From Candidatus Aminicenantes bacterium (GTDB lineage Bacteria > Acidobacteriota > Aminicenantia > Aminicenantales > Saccharicenantaceae), in contig JBBIGP010000008.1 in NCBI GenBank assembly GCA_037447475.1, positions 143 to 64,142 on the forward strand: a stretch of DNA of 64,000 bases, in the 5' to 3' direction. The notes under the pieces were generated by a model. The model saw nothing but the letters and a program-made list of their open reading frames with translations, had not been told where the DNA came from and searched no databases. This document shows, one piece after another, positions 18,914 through 28,152 of the stretch. Position 1 is the stretch's first letter; each line of letters starts with the position of its first letter. The position numbers were made by a program, and so were the translations under genes.

Positions 18914-19741
18914 ATGCGCGTCGTCAACCTCGTCTTCGGCGGTCTCGTCGGGCTGGCCCTCTGGCCGTTCCGAGCGCTCTCTCCCTGGGCCGGGATGGCA
19001 TCGCTGTCCCTCCTGACGGCCCTGCTGATGCTCGCGGTCTTCAAGCTGACCTCCGATCAGGCCGCCGTCCGCAAGGCCAAGGACGCGATCAAGGCCCACC
19101 TTCTCGAGCTGCGCCTTTTCAAGGACAACCTGCGCGTCTCGCTCGGGGCCCAGGGCGGCATCCTCAAGGCCAACCTGCGCTACGCGGCCGCCAACCTCAG
19201 GCCCCTGCTCGTCATGATCGTTCCCCTGGTCCTCATCCTGACCCAGATGAGCCTGTGGTTCGACCGGGCGCCTCTCCGGCCGGGCGAGGAGACGCTCGTC
19301 AAGGTCCTCCTCGACGCAGGCTCGGATCCCGCCGGCATCTCCATCGCCCTCGAGCCCGGGTCGAATCTCATCATCGACTCCCCCGCCGTCCGCATCCCCG
19401 ACGACCACGAGGTCGTCTGGCGCCTGAGGGCCGTCGATGAGGGCGCCGGCCGAGTCCTTGTGACGGCCGGCGGCCGGACCATCGAGAAAGCCGTGGCCGT
19501 CGGCGGCCGCCCCTTGACCAGGATCTCCTCGGTGGCCTCCCGGGGCTCTTTCTGGAAGCGGCTGCTCCACCCGGGAGAGCCGCCCCTGCCCGCCGGGACG
19601 CCGGTCCGCTCGATCGAGGTCCTCTATCCCGCGAAGAAACTGGCCGTTTTCGGTCTCGCCATTCATTGGCTCATCGCCTATTTCATCCTGTCGCTCGTCT
19701 TCGGCTTCGCCCTCAAGGGCGTGTTCAAGGTCGAGATCTAG
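18914..19741 (+). CDS. hypothetical polytopic membrane protein
   Basis: 275-aa ORF starting 5 nt after the RHH stop. Hydrophobic helices: VFGGLVGLALWPF, MASLSLLTALLMLAVF, PLLVMIVPLVLILTQM, VFGLAIHWLIAYFILSLVFGFAL. I do not recognise a family. Confidence 0.6.
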   Translation: MRVVNLVFGGLVGLALWPFRALSPWAGMASLSLLTALLMLAVFKLTSDQAAVRKAKDAIKAHLLELRLFKDNLRVSLGAQGGILKANLRYAAANLRPLLVMIVPLVLILTQMSLWFDRAPLRPGEETLVKVLLDAGSDPAGISIALEPGSNLIIDSPAVRIPDDHEVVWRLRAVDEGAGRVLVTAGGRTIEKAVAVGGRPLTRISSVASRGSFWKRLLHPGEPPLPAGTPVRSIEVLYPAKKLAVFGLAIHWLIAYFILSLVFGFALKGVFKVEI

Positions 19742-19760
19742 AGACAACGAGGAGGGACCC

Positions 19761-20873
19761 GTGAACATCCAGACCTTCAAGATGGAGCGCATGCAGTCCA
19801 CCTGGGAGAACGTCGTCGACTACAATCTCTCGGAGAGCGGCGTCCATCCCCTGAACCTCCGGGAGCTCCTGACCCCCGCCGAGCTCGAGGCCCTGACCGC
19901 GATCGAGATCGGCTACACCCAGACCAACGGGACGGTCGGCCTCCGGGAGCAGATCGCCCGCCTCTACCCCGGGATCGGCCTCGAACAGATCCTGGCCACG
20001 GCCGGCTCGTCGGAGGCCAATTTCCTCCTGATATGGAGCCTCATCGAGCCCGGCGACGAGGTCCTCTTCGAGCTCCCCAATTACATGCAGATGTGGGGAC
20101 TGCTGCACGCTTTCGGGGCCAAGGTCAAGCCCTTCCGGCTTCGCGAGGAGCTGGACTGGCAGCCGGACCTCGACGAGCTCGCCCGGCTCGTCACGGACAA
20201 GACCAAGCTCATCGTCCTGACCAATCCGAACAACCCGACCGGCGCCGTCCTGAGCCCGGGGGCCATGAAAGACATCGTCGGCCTGGCCGCCCGGCACGGG
20301 GCCTGGATCCTGGCCGACGAGGTCTATCAGGGAGCCGAGCTCCACGAGCCCGCGACGCCGAGCTTCTGGGGGACCTATGACAAAGTCCTCGTCGTCAACG
20401 GCCTGTCCAAGGCCTACGGTCTGCCGGGATTGCGGATCGGGTGGGTCGTCGGTCCCGAGGAGGTCGTCAAGAGGACGTGGCCCTATCATGACTACACGAC
20501 CATTTCGCCGTCGGCCTTGAGCGACCGCTTGGCCTCGATCGCTCTGGCCCCTGGGAACCGGGAGAGGATCCTCCACCGGACCCGGGATATCCTCAACGCC
20601 AACTTCCCGGTCCTCGAGGACTGGCTGCGGCGGCAGGACGGATTGTTCGAGTTCCGCGCGCCCGCGGCCGGGGCCATCTGCTTCGCCCGATACAAGCTGG
20701 ACATCGGTTCGACGGCCCTCGTCGAGCGCCTCATCCGGGAACAGAGCGTCCTCGTCGTCCCCGGCGACCACTTCGAGATGGACGGTTATCTGCGCTTCGG
20801 CTACGGCCCGGAGAAGGACTATCTCCTCAAGGCCCTCGGCCGGGTCGAGGAAACGCTTAAAAAAATCCGCTGA
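19761..20873 (+). CDS. class I/II PLP-dependent aminotransferase
   Basis: GTG start with a GAGGAGGGA SD. It has YTQTNGTVGLREQIA, LTNPNNPTG, ADEVYQG and NGLSKAYGLPGLRIGW (PLP lysine motif). Confidence 0.85.
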   Translation: MNIQTFKMERMQSTWENVVDYNLSESGVHPLNLRELLTPAELEALTAIEIGYTQTNGTVGLREQIARLYPGIGLEQILATAGSSEANFLLIWSLIEPGDEVLFELPNYMQMWGLLHAFGAKVKPFRLREELDWQPDLDELARLVTDKTKLIVLTNPNNPTGAVLSPGAMKDIVGLAARHGAWILADEVYQGAELHEPATPSFWGTYDKVLVVNGLSKAYGLPGLRIGWVVGPEEVVKRTWPYHDYTTISPSALSDRLASIALAPGNRERILHRTRDILNANFPVLEDWLRRQDGLFEFRAPAAGAICFARYKLDIGSTALVERLIREQSVLVVPGDHFEMDGYLRFGYGPEKDYLLKALGRVEETLKKIR

Positions 20874-20885
20874 ACGTGGTAAAAT
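20857..20885 (+). promoter_or_regulatory. candidate extended -10 promoter for the skp-like gene
   Basis: TTAAAA (20857-20862), 17-nt spacer, TGgTAAAAT (TG at 20877-20878; TAAAAT at 20880-20885). It overlaps the 3' end of the upstream gene. Confidence 0.4.
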
Positions 20886-20944
20886 ACTGGAACCGTTCCC
20901 CGCCGGAGCGGGTTAGAAGAGCTAAGAGACCAAAGGAGGCCTCA

Positions 20945-21493
20945 GTGAAGAGAATAAGAATTCTCGTCCCCCTCGTCTTCGCCCTGTTGTTCGTCCTCGC
21001 CGGCCTGTCGTTCGCCCAGCAAACGGGCAAGATCGCCATCATCAATTCCCAGCGCGCGTTCGAGATCTCAGCGGAAGGCAAGAAGGCCCTGGCCCATTTG
21101 CAGGACCGGGACACGAAGATCCGGGGCGACCTCCAGAAGATGGACGACGCCATCAGGGCCCTCGAGAACAAGCTGACGACCGGGCGGCTGACGATGACCG
21201 CCGACGCGTTGAGGGCCATCCAGGCCGACCTCGAGAAGAAAACGACAGAGCGGAAGAGGTACGAAGAGGACCAGGCCCGCGACGCCAACGCCTTCGCCAA
21301 CAACATCATCAACAAGATCCGCGAAGAGATGGTCGCCGTCATCGAGGCCCTGAGGAAGGAACTCGGATACGACGCCGTCCTCGACCTGGGGACGAGCGGC
21401 GTCGTCACCTACAACTCGGCCATCGAGATCACCGACGAGGTCGTCCGCCGCTACGACGCGTTAAAGGTGGCGGCCCCGCCTGTCAAGAAGTGA
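20945..21493 (+). CDS. OmpH/Skp-family periplasmic chaperone
   Basis: GTG 20945 follows AAGGAGG. The signal peptide is VKRIRILVPLVFALLFVLAGLSFAQQ. GKIAIINSQRAF and a long coiled-coil (KKALAHLQDRDTKIRGDLQKMDDAIRALENKL) are typical of Skp. Confidence 0.75.
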   Translation: MKRIRILVPLVFALLFVLAGLSFAQQTGKIAIINSQRAFEISAEGKKALAHLQDRDTKIRGDLQKMDDAIRALENKLTTGRLTMTADALRAIQADLEKKTTERKRYEEDQARDANAFANNIINKIREEMVAVIEALRKELGYDAVLDLGTSGVVTYNSAIEITDEVVRRYDALKVAAPPVKK

Positions 21494-21529
21494 CCTGGAA
21501 ATCCCGAAGGACCGGACGCCAGGCGACTT

Positions 21530-24139
21530 TTAGCGGTCCACTGGCTTGAGACGGACCGTGAACCGCCCGCTCACAAAGCCCGCCTGACCGGAGGGCAAGG
21601 TGACCTTGATGCGAGGGCCGACGAGTTCCGCTCCGTCGACGTCCTCTACCCGGTCGGCGTGAATGACGTCCAGAACATAGCTCTTCCCCGGGAGGCCCTC
21701 CACCAAGACGCTGAGGCCGTGGCCCTCGAGCGATTGGCGGATGATCTTGAGCCCCCGGTCGGGGTCCCCGGTCGCGGGATCGGCCCGGGGCGGGATGATC
21801 TCGGGCGCCGGGGAAACGGCCAGGGCCAGCGTGTCGTCGCCTGTCACGTCGAACGCCAGCCTCGGCTGGACCGCTTGGGCGCCCGCCGGGGCCTCGCCTC
21901 CGGTGAAGGCGACAGGCGCGCCGTTGAGCTCGGCAGCGAGAACCCTGGTCCCGAGGCCCAGAGACGGGGCGAAGCTCATTTTGAACCCGGCGGCGTTCCG
22001 TGAACGGACCCTGAGAACGATCGCGCCGTCGGCCCGACGTTCATAATCGATCGTAAAGGCCGCGGCCCCGACCCTCCAATTCGCCAGATGGACTCGCGGC
22101 CAGTCGGCGGGCAGCCGGGGCCGGAAGAAGACCTCCCGGGCGGGCGCATTCCCGTCGAGCCCGAGCAGGCCGCGGACGAGGGGCAGGACGACGCCGGTGC
22201 TCGAGAATCCCTGGTGAGGGACGCCCTCCTGGGGCCAGATGTTCTGATGGCCCGAGAAAAGCTCCATAATCGTCCCCAAGGCGTTGTCGAACGTGTGGCG
22301 GACATTGGACATCAGGACGTTGTACCCCTGGGGGATGAAGCTGTGCTCGAAAAGAGCGGCCGCCACCCATCCCGTGAGGAACGGCCAAACGGCGCCGTAG
22401 TTGTAATTCAGGGGCTCGAAGAGCGGGCTCGAGACCGAGAGCATGCGGACACCCCAGTCCGTGGTCATATCGGACGAGTTCAGCCGGGACAAGGTCTCCG
22501 CGGCCCGGCCGGCGTCTCCGAGTCCCCAGGCCAGCCCGACGGCGCTCCAGGGAGTCGATTCGGTCACCAGCCGGCCGTCCTTGTTGAAGGCGTAGGAATA
22601 CTGGCGGTTCTCCCCGTCCCAAAACCTCCGGTCCCAGGCCGCCGCGGCACGGGCCGCATGGTCCCCGGCTCTCTTGGACAGCGCCTTATCGCCGACGGCC
22701 GCGGCCAGGTCCCGCATGGCCAGGCAGGCCCGGACCCAGACCGCCCCTAGATAGATGTCGGTCTGGATGCCGGTCAGCGCCCCGAACTCAAGGGCCCCCA
22801 AGCCGGCCTTGCTGTTGTCCATCAGGCCGTCACCGTCCTGGTCGGTCGTCAGACACCACTCGAAGGCCTTGATCAGGGAATTCCAGCTCGTCTTGACGAA
22901 AGCCAGATCGCCCGTCATCCGGTAGTGGTCCTCGACGGCCACGATGTAATACGGCGTCGTGTCGCCATGGATGTAGCCGTAGGGATAGTCCTCCCACCAG
23001 CGAAGATAGCCGGCGGCCTGTGACAGCTCGTGGGCCATCTTGCCGTCCTTTCGCTGCCATTTTCGGGTGAAGGCCAGGGCCTCACGGGAGAGGTCGTATC
23101 CGTTCACGCTGTTGAGGCTCAGCGAGTTGAGATAGGCGTCCGTGCCGAAGAACCAGCCGAACCCCGGCCGCCCCCCGATGCCCGACGGCCCTAGCCCGGC
23201 GACGAGACCCCGCCCCAGGTCGGGATTGTCGACGACGAGGCCGTCGAGGGCGACCTTGGCCCATTCGAAAGCCAGGTCGACGGCCTTCTCGGGAGTGACG
23301 ATCTGCAGGGTCGAGGCTCTCAGGGCCTCGAAATGGGCGAGGGCCCGGCGGTAGGCGTCCTTGGGCTCGGCGGCCAGGCGGGCATACGCTTTCCGGACCT
23401 CGTCCCGGCTCCCTTTGCCTCCGGCCACGACGACGGGGATGAACCGCCCGGCGACGGACCGGGGATCGGCGATCTCGATCTTGAACTGGCTGGGGACGTC
23501 CGACAGCATGTGGGCGGGCGTGTAGGAGATGCCCCTGGCCGCGGGCGAGCCGATGTAGCCGTGGTTCTTGCGCGTCGGTTCGGAGATCAGATAGGCCTTG
23601 AGGTCGCGGTCCCAGTAGGCGTACTGGCCCCCGATCCCGGCCGGCCACATCGGCTGGAGGACGGGCAGGAAGCCGCAGACTACGGTCAGGGGCTCGATCG
23701 AATCGATCTCCAGCAGGATGACGGCCCCCGCGTCCTCGACGGGCGCCACGTAATGGGCCTTGACCGTGAAGGACTGGTAGGTATAGGTCAAGGTCGTGAC
23801 GGCCGGCTGGACGGAGACGAAGCGGACGATGTCGCGGCCCTCGATGGGCACGGTGCTCGCGCCGACGAGAAAGGAGACCTCGAAGTTCCGGAGGAGCTTG
23901 AGCGGGTAGGCCCAGGCCTCGAAACCGCCGCTCTCGAAGCCCAGCAGGGCGAACCTCCTCCCGGCCTTGGTGAAAGGCGTCCCGGGCAGGGCCGGCCGGG
24001 CAAGCTCGAGGTCGCCGCGCTCAATGCCGAAGGCGGGGATCGTTCCCTCGGCGGCCTGCGGCCCGGCGAACGCCCCGGAGAGCGGCAGAAGAAGCGCGGC
24101 CGCGAGGATCGCGGCCCGGATGACAGGTGAACGGCTCAT
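21530..24139 (-). CDS. secreted six-hairpin glycoside hydrolase (amylo-alpha-1,6-glucosidase/GDE_C-like); specificity unknown
   Basis: I prefer the start at MSRSPVIRAAILAAALLLPLSGAFAGP (signal peptide, GGAGGG SD). The catalytic-type region is GWFFGTDAYLNS...HGDTTPYYIVA...DGDGLMDNSKAGLGALEFG...WPFLTGWVA. Confidence 0.65.
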   Translation of the reverse strand: MSRSPVIRAAILAAALLLPLSGAFAGPQAAEGTIPAFGIERGDLELARPALPGTPFTKAGRRFALLGFESGGFEAWAYPLKLLRNFEVSFLVGASTVPIEGRDIVRFVSVQPAVTTLTYTYQSFTVKAHYVAPVEDAGAVILLEIDSIEPLTVVCGFLPVLQPMWPAGIGGQYAYWDRDLKAYLISEPTRKNHGYIGSPAARGISYTPAHMLSDVPSQFKIEIADPRSVAGRFIPVVVAGGKGSRDEVRKAYARLAAEPKDAYRRALAHFEALRASTLQIVTPEKAVDLAFEWAKVALDGLVVDNPDLGRGLVAGLGPSGIGGRPGFGWFFGTDAYLNSLSLNSVNGYDLSREALAFTRKWQRKDGKMAHELSQAAGYLRWWEDYPYGYIHGDTTPYYIVAVEDHYRMTGDLAFVKTSWNSLIKAFEWCLTTDQDGDGLMDNSKAGLGALEFGALTGIQTDIYLGAVWVRACLAMRDLAAAVGDKALSKRAGDHAARAAAAWDRRFWDGENRQYSYAFNKDGRLVTESTPWSAVGLAWGLGDAGRAAETLSRLNSSDMTTDWGVRMLSVSSPLFEPLNYNYGAVWPFLTGWVAAALFEHSFIPQGYNVLMSNVRHTFDNALGTIMELFSGHQNIWPQEGVPHQGFSSTGVVLPLVRGLLGLDGNAPAREVFFRPRLPADWPRVHLANWRVGAAAFTIDYERRADGAIVLRVRSRNAAGFKMSFAPSLGLGTRVLAAELNGAPVAFTGGEAPAGAQAVQPRLAFDVTGDDTLALAVSPAPEIIPPRADPATGDPDRGLKIIRQSLEGHGLSVLVEGLPGKSYVLDVIHADRVEDVDGAELVGPRIKVTLPSGQAGFVSGRFTVRLKPVDR

Positions 24140-24229
24140 CGGTCCCTCCAAGAACGGATCGTTGTCGTCCCGCCCGGCGGGCAAGACCTATCTTAGCTAA
24201 ACGGCACGGGGATGCAAGCCGAAAGCGGC

Positions 24230-25387
24230 CTATCCGTCTCCGGCGGCCGAAAAGGCGATGCGGATCCGGACGATCTCGGGCCGGCTGCCCGTCCGCACGG
24301 GAGGGCCCCAGGTGCCGACGCCGGGAGTGACGTAATACTGCGTCCGTCCTTTCCGGAGATACCCCCGATGGAGCTCCCAGACCCGCTTGTTGATGAGGTT
24401 CAGGGGAAACAGCTGGCCGGCATGGGTGTGCCCCGAGAGCTGGAGGTCGATGCCGGCCTCTTCGGCCTGCTCGAGGCGGAGCGGCTGATGATCGAGGAGG
24501 ATGAGGGGGAGGCTCTGGTCGACCTCGTGGCGCCTCAGGATCTCTCGAATGGGGAGCCGCGTTCCTCGATACCCCAGAGAGCTCGGGTCCCGGCGGCCGA
24601 CGAGGACGAACGAGCCGTCGACGACGACGGCCTCGTCCTCGAGAACGCGGATGCCGCAGGCCCGCAGGAAGGCCAGGTTCTTTTCCTGCCCGCTGTAGAA
24701 CTCGTGGTTGCCGGGGACGGCGTAGACGCCGAGAGGGGCGTTGAGCCGCCCCATCACGGAGCTCATCCGGGCTTCCTGCTCGTCGGTCACGCTCTCGTCG
24801 ACGATATCGCCCGGCAGAAGGACGATGTCCGGCCCGAGAGCGTTGATCCGATCGACGATCTTGGCCAGCCGGGCCGGCCCGACCAGGGTCCCGAGATGGA
24901 AGTCCGAGGCCAGGACCACGGTCAGGCTTTCCAGCCCGCCGGCCCGCTTGTCGAGGCGCAGGTCGAGCTCAGTCGTCTTCGGGCGGGCGGCGTTCACCGC
25001 CCCTCCGGCGACCGTCAGCAGGGCCGCCCCGGCGACCAGGCCGAACAGGATCGGCCCGGTCCGTCCGGGCTCCCGAAGCGAGGACGGAATGAACCCCAGA
25101 AAGGCCTCGGCCAGGCGGACAAGGTCGACCAGCACGACGCCCATGAAAAGATAGAGCATGAGAGCCATATGGAGGGAGCCGATCTTGATGAACGGCCCCG
25201 CCAGGTCGGCCACCCCGCGGGCCAGAACGATCCGGCCCAGAGGATAGGCCAGGGCCAAGAGGATGAACGCGGCCAGGAATACACCGCGGCCCGCCGGGAA
25301 GGAGGCCAGGGCCTGCCAGCCCCGCCGGGCGATATAGAAATTGACGAGGCCGTAGATGGACAGAGCGACGAGCAGGAAGACCGCCAT
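24230..25387 (-). CDS. membrane-anchored metallophosphoesterase (YkuE-like)
   Basis: The start MAVFLLVALSIYGLVNFYI is followed by 4-5 TM helices. The calcineurin-like motifs are ASDFHLG, LLPGDIVD, VPGNHEF and SGHTHAGQ. The 72 upstream codons in the track ORF overlap the nitroreductase gene, so I rejected them. Confidence 0.85.
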   Translation of the reverse strand: MAVFLLVALSIYGLVNFYIARRGWQALASFPAGRGVFLAAFILLALAYPLGRIVLARGVADLAGPFIKIGSLHMALMLYLFMGVVLVDLVRLAEAFLGFIPSSLREPGRTGPILFGLVAGAALLTVAGGAVNAARPKTTELDLRLDKRAGGLESLTVVLASDFHLGTLVGPARLAKIVDRINALGPDIVLLPGDIVDESVTDEQEARMSSVMGRLNAPLGVYAVPGNHEFYSGQEKNLAFLRACGIRVLEDEAVVVDGSFVLVGRRDPSSLGYRGTRLPIREILRRHEVDQSLPLILLDHQPLRLEQAEEAGIDLQLSGHTHAGQLFPLNLINKRVWELHRGYLRKGRTQYYVTPGVGTWGPPVRTGSRPEIVRIRIAFSAAGDG

Positions 25388-25398
25388 TTCCGCGGCTC

Positions 25399-26016
25399 TC
25401 AATCTTCCCCCAGCCAAGCCTCCGGGCCCTCCTCGCAGCCCATCCGGTTGAACGAGACGATCTCGCGGAGCGTCCGCCGGGGCGGCTCCCGCGTCGGCCT
25501 TTTCTCCGCGTACCCGATGGGCATCACGGCCACGATCTTGAAGGCCCTGGGGACCTTCAGGAACTTTCTCGCTCTTCGGACGTGGAACCAGCCCATCCAG
25601 CAAGTGGCCAAGCCGAGCTCCTCGGCCTGGAGGGCGATGTGCTCTCCCGCGATCCCGATATCGACATAGTGATAGGGCACGCCCTGGAGGCGGCCTCCCA
25701 GACCGCTGGCGACGAGCCCGGGCTTGACCAGCATGACGACGAGGACCGGGGCCCGGGCCGCAAACTTCGACGCGGAGTAAATGCCCGAAAAGGCCGCGGC
25801 CGCCAGCCCGGCCTTGACGGCCGGGTCGTCGATGACGACGAAACGCCAGGGTTGGGCGTTGTGGGCCGAAGGGGCCCGGCGGGCCGCTTCGAGACAGGCC
25901 AGCACCTTGTCGCGCTCGACCGGCGTCTCGAGGAAGCGGCGGATGCTCCGCCGTCTACGGACGAGGGCCTGGAACGGCGTCAACGGCGGGCTCGGAGCGT
26001 CGTTCTGGTCCATCAT
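25399..26016 (-). CDS. nitroreductase family protein
   Basis: MMDQNDAPS...RRRSIRRFLETPVERDKVLACLEAARRAPSAHNAQPWRF is the canonical nitroreductase N-terminus. The start overlaps the upstream stop (ATGATGA). Only the last 205 codons of the 565-aa track ORF are used. Confidence 0.85.
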   Translation of the reverse strand: MMDQNDAPSPPLTPFQALVRRRRSIRRFLETPVERDKVLACLEAARRAPSAHNAQPWRFVVIDDPAVKAGLAAAAFSGIYSASKFAARAPVLVVMLVKPGLVASGLGGRLQGVPYHYVDIGIAGEHIALQAEELGLATCWMGWFHVRRARKFLKVPRAFKIVAVMPIGYAEKRPTREPPRRTLREIVSFNRMGCEEGPEAWLGED

Positions 26017-28076
26017 ATCTTCTTGAGACCGGCCAGGCCCGCCTTTTCCAGGGCCCTGAAGAACGACTCGACGAGGGCCGGATCGAAGGGCCCGAACTGG
26101 GCGGAGACCGCCAGGAAAATATCGTGGAGCGTCCTCTTGCCGTCGGCGAGATTGAGGGCCTCGTAGGCGGCGTTGCCCCGTAGCTTGATCTCTCCCAGGA
26201 TGCCGGGCCCGAGCTTCTCGACCAGGTAGTCCGTCTGGAGCGGGCCGACGAAGTCCTCGGACCGCACAGGGACGAGCCGGGTCAGGAGGCGTTCGGCCTC
26301 GGAGATGGCCAGCGGCTTGGGGGCCCCGCCAAGCCTCGCGCACTGGGCCCTGTAGATCGCGGCGGCTTCCTTGGGGAACGACAGCATGGCCGACTCGAAC
26401 GTGGAGTTGAGGCCTGCGATCTCCCTTTCCACGGCTTTGTCGCCGACGAAGGCCAGGGTCGAGAGCACGGAGGCCCTCTCGCGGCGGCCGGAGTGGGCGA
26501 TGATATTGAGGGCCTGCTTGTAAGCGGCGTGGAGCTCGTCCATGGTCGAGGCGGCGTAGAGCGCGTTGAAGCCGTCGAAAAGGTCCGCCGTGAACCGGCC
26601 GTGGCCGTTGCGGACGATGAGCCGGGCCATGTCCAGGGCCTCCCTCTCCCCCGCCGACGCCAGGTAAAGAACCGATCCCAGGGCCAAAAAAGAGGCCCTC
26701 CGCAGCTCGGTCGGGTCGACCTTGTCCATCGTATCGAGGCTCGTGTGATGGAAGATGTCGCCGCGGTTGAGCATGACGGACGGCACCCGCAAGGCGCCGT
26801 CGTTGAAGACGACGTGGTCGCTGCCGCCTCCGTACGGGACCGACCTCCAGACGAACGGGTGGCGGCTGCCGTTGAGGCTGACCAGACCCAGCGATTCGGC
26901 CAGGCCCGCGAAGTTGGCCACGACGTCGTTGAGGAACGTCGGCCTCGAATCGGGCGTCCGGAAGATGTTGAAGACGCCGCCGGTCTTGTGCAGGTCCTCG
27001 CCGATCATGTCGCAGTTGACGGCGGCCAGGGTGTTCCGGGTCCGCTCGAGATGGGCCTGGATATAGGGGACCAGCCCGTTGAATTCCGGGACCCATAGGA
27101 ACCGGATGGTCCTACGGGGCGGGGCGACGGCCCCCGAGTCGACCATCCGGCGCAGGGCCCGGGCCATCTCGAGGAGCCCGCCGCTGCCGCTGGCGTTGTC
27201 GTTGGCGCTCGGCATCGGATGGCAGAGGTGGGCGACGAGAAGGATCTCTTTGTCGGGCTCGACGGCGCCGGGAAACGAGGCCGTCAGCGTCTCGATGTCC
27301 GTTTTATAGTATTCCGTGTCGGCCTCGGCCTTGAGGACGACCTTCCGGCCCTCCTCGAGCAGCCTCTTGAGGGTCGCCCCCTGGTTCTTGCTGATGTTGA
27401 AGGCGAAGCCGAGCTTCTCCCGCTCCTCCCACGTCGGCCAGAGGGCCGTGTAGCGGATCATGTCCGGGTAGCCGGGGCGGGTGTCGGGAGGGAAATAGGT
27501 CAGGACGCCGGCGGCCCCGCGCTCGACGACGGCCTGCCTCATGACCTCTGCGGTCGCCCCCGTGGACAGGACGATCTTGCCCTTGACGTCCTTGCCGCGG
27601 TAGGACGCCTCGCCGATCCCGGTCCCGACGTCGACGAGCTCGGCCTCGACCTGGCCGGGACCGCTGTGCTTGACGAGGGTCAATGGGATCTCCTCGTAGG
27701 AACAGAGCCGTTCGCGCGCCGGCGAGAGCATCCACAGCTCGGCCTTGCGGGCCCGCCAGCCGATGACGCTCCTGTACGTGGAGTAGCGGCGCGTGCCGTC
27801 GGAGGGCCAGCCCTCGATGACGGCGTCCGTGTAACCGAGTCGCTTGAGCTCGGCCTGGATCATCTCGGCGGCCGCGCGCCATCCCTCGGAGGCCTGGACC
27901 CGGTCATACCCGGAAATGAGGTTCGTGTAGCGGTAGGCGATCTCTCCCGAGACCTCGTCGGAAAGGGCCCGGACGAGGCCGGGCGAGGCCAGGGGCTTTT
28001 CGGCGGCCAGGCCGGCGGCGGCGAGCGAAAAAGCCAGCACGGCCGGGATCCAGGGCCCGGAGCGCTTCATCATCAT
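26013..28076 (-). CDS. M28-family metallopeptidase with PA domain, secreted
   Basis: Signal peptide MMMKRSGPWIPAVLAFSLAAAGLAA. PA-like segment KGKIVLSTGATAEVMRQAVVERGAAGVL. M28 zinc-site motifs HLCHPMPSANDNASGSG and GGGSDH. Confidence 0.8.
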   Translation of the reverse strand: MMMKRSGPWIPAVLAFSLAAAGLAAEKPLASPGLVRALSDEVSGEIAYRYTNLISGYDRVQASEGWRAAAEMIQAELKRLGYTDAVIEGWPSDGTRRYSTYRSVIGWRARKAELWMLSPARERLCSYEEIPLTLVKHSGPGQVEAELVDVGTGIGEASYRGKDVKGKIVLSTGATAEVMRQAVVERGAAGVLTYFPPDTRPGYPDMIRYTALWPTWEEREKLGFAFNISKNQGATLKRLLEEGRKVVLKAEADTEYYKTDIETLTASFPGAVEPDKEILLVAHLCHPMPSANDNASGSGGLLEMARALRRMVDSGAVAPPRRTIRFLWVPEFNGLVPYIQAHLERTRNTLAAVNCDMIGEDLHKTGGVFNIFRTPDSRPTFLNDVVANFAGLAESLGLVSLNGSRHPFVWRSVPYGGGSDHVVFNDGALRVPSVMLNRGDIFHHTSLDTMDKVDPTELRRASFLALGSVLYLASAGEREALDMARLIVRNGHGRFTADLFDGFNALYAASTMDELHAAYKQALNIIAHSGRRERASVLSTLAFVGDKAVEREIAGLNSTFESAMLSFPKEAAAIYRAQCARLGGAPKPLAISEAERLLTRLVPVRSEDFVGPLQTDYLVEKLGPGILGEIKLRGNAAYEALNLADGKRTLHDIFLAVSAQFGPFDPALVESFFRALEKAGLAGLKKI

Positions 28077-28109
28077 GGGTCTCTCCTTGTCGGGAGTCGA
28101 AGGAGTATC

Positions 28110-28138
28110 ATTAAATCGGAAGACGTCGCCGAAATCAA
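28110..28138 (-). promoter_or_regulatory. candidate sigma70 promoter for the M28/nitroreductase/phosphoesterase/glycosidase gene string
   Basis: Minus strand reads TTGATT (28133-28138), 17-nt spacer, TTTAAT (28110-28115), followed by an AAGGAGAG SD before ATG 28076. Confidence 0.45.
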
Positions 28139-28152
28139 GAGAGGATAGGCCA

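Noticed and set aside
25399-27096. 565-aa ORF treated as one gene (likewise 32180..34090 and 42127..43236)
   Set aside because: Only the C-terminal parts show real homology (nitroreductase, ABC-2-like permease, Pcm). The N-terminal parts overlap the confidently called upstream genes in another frame.
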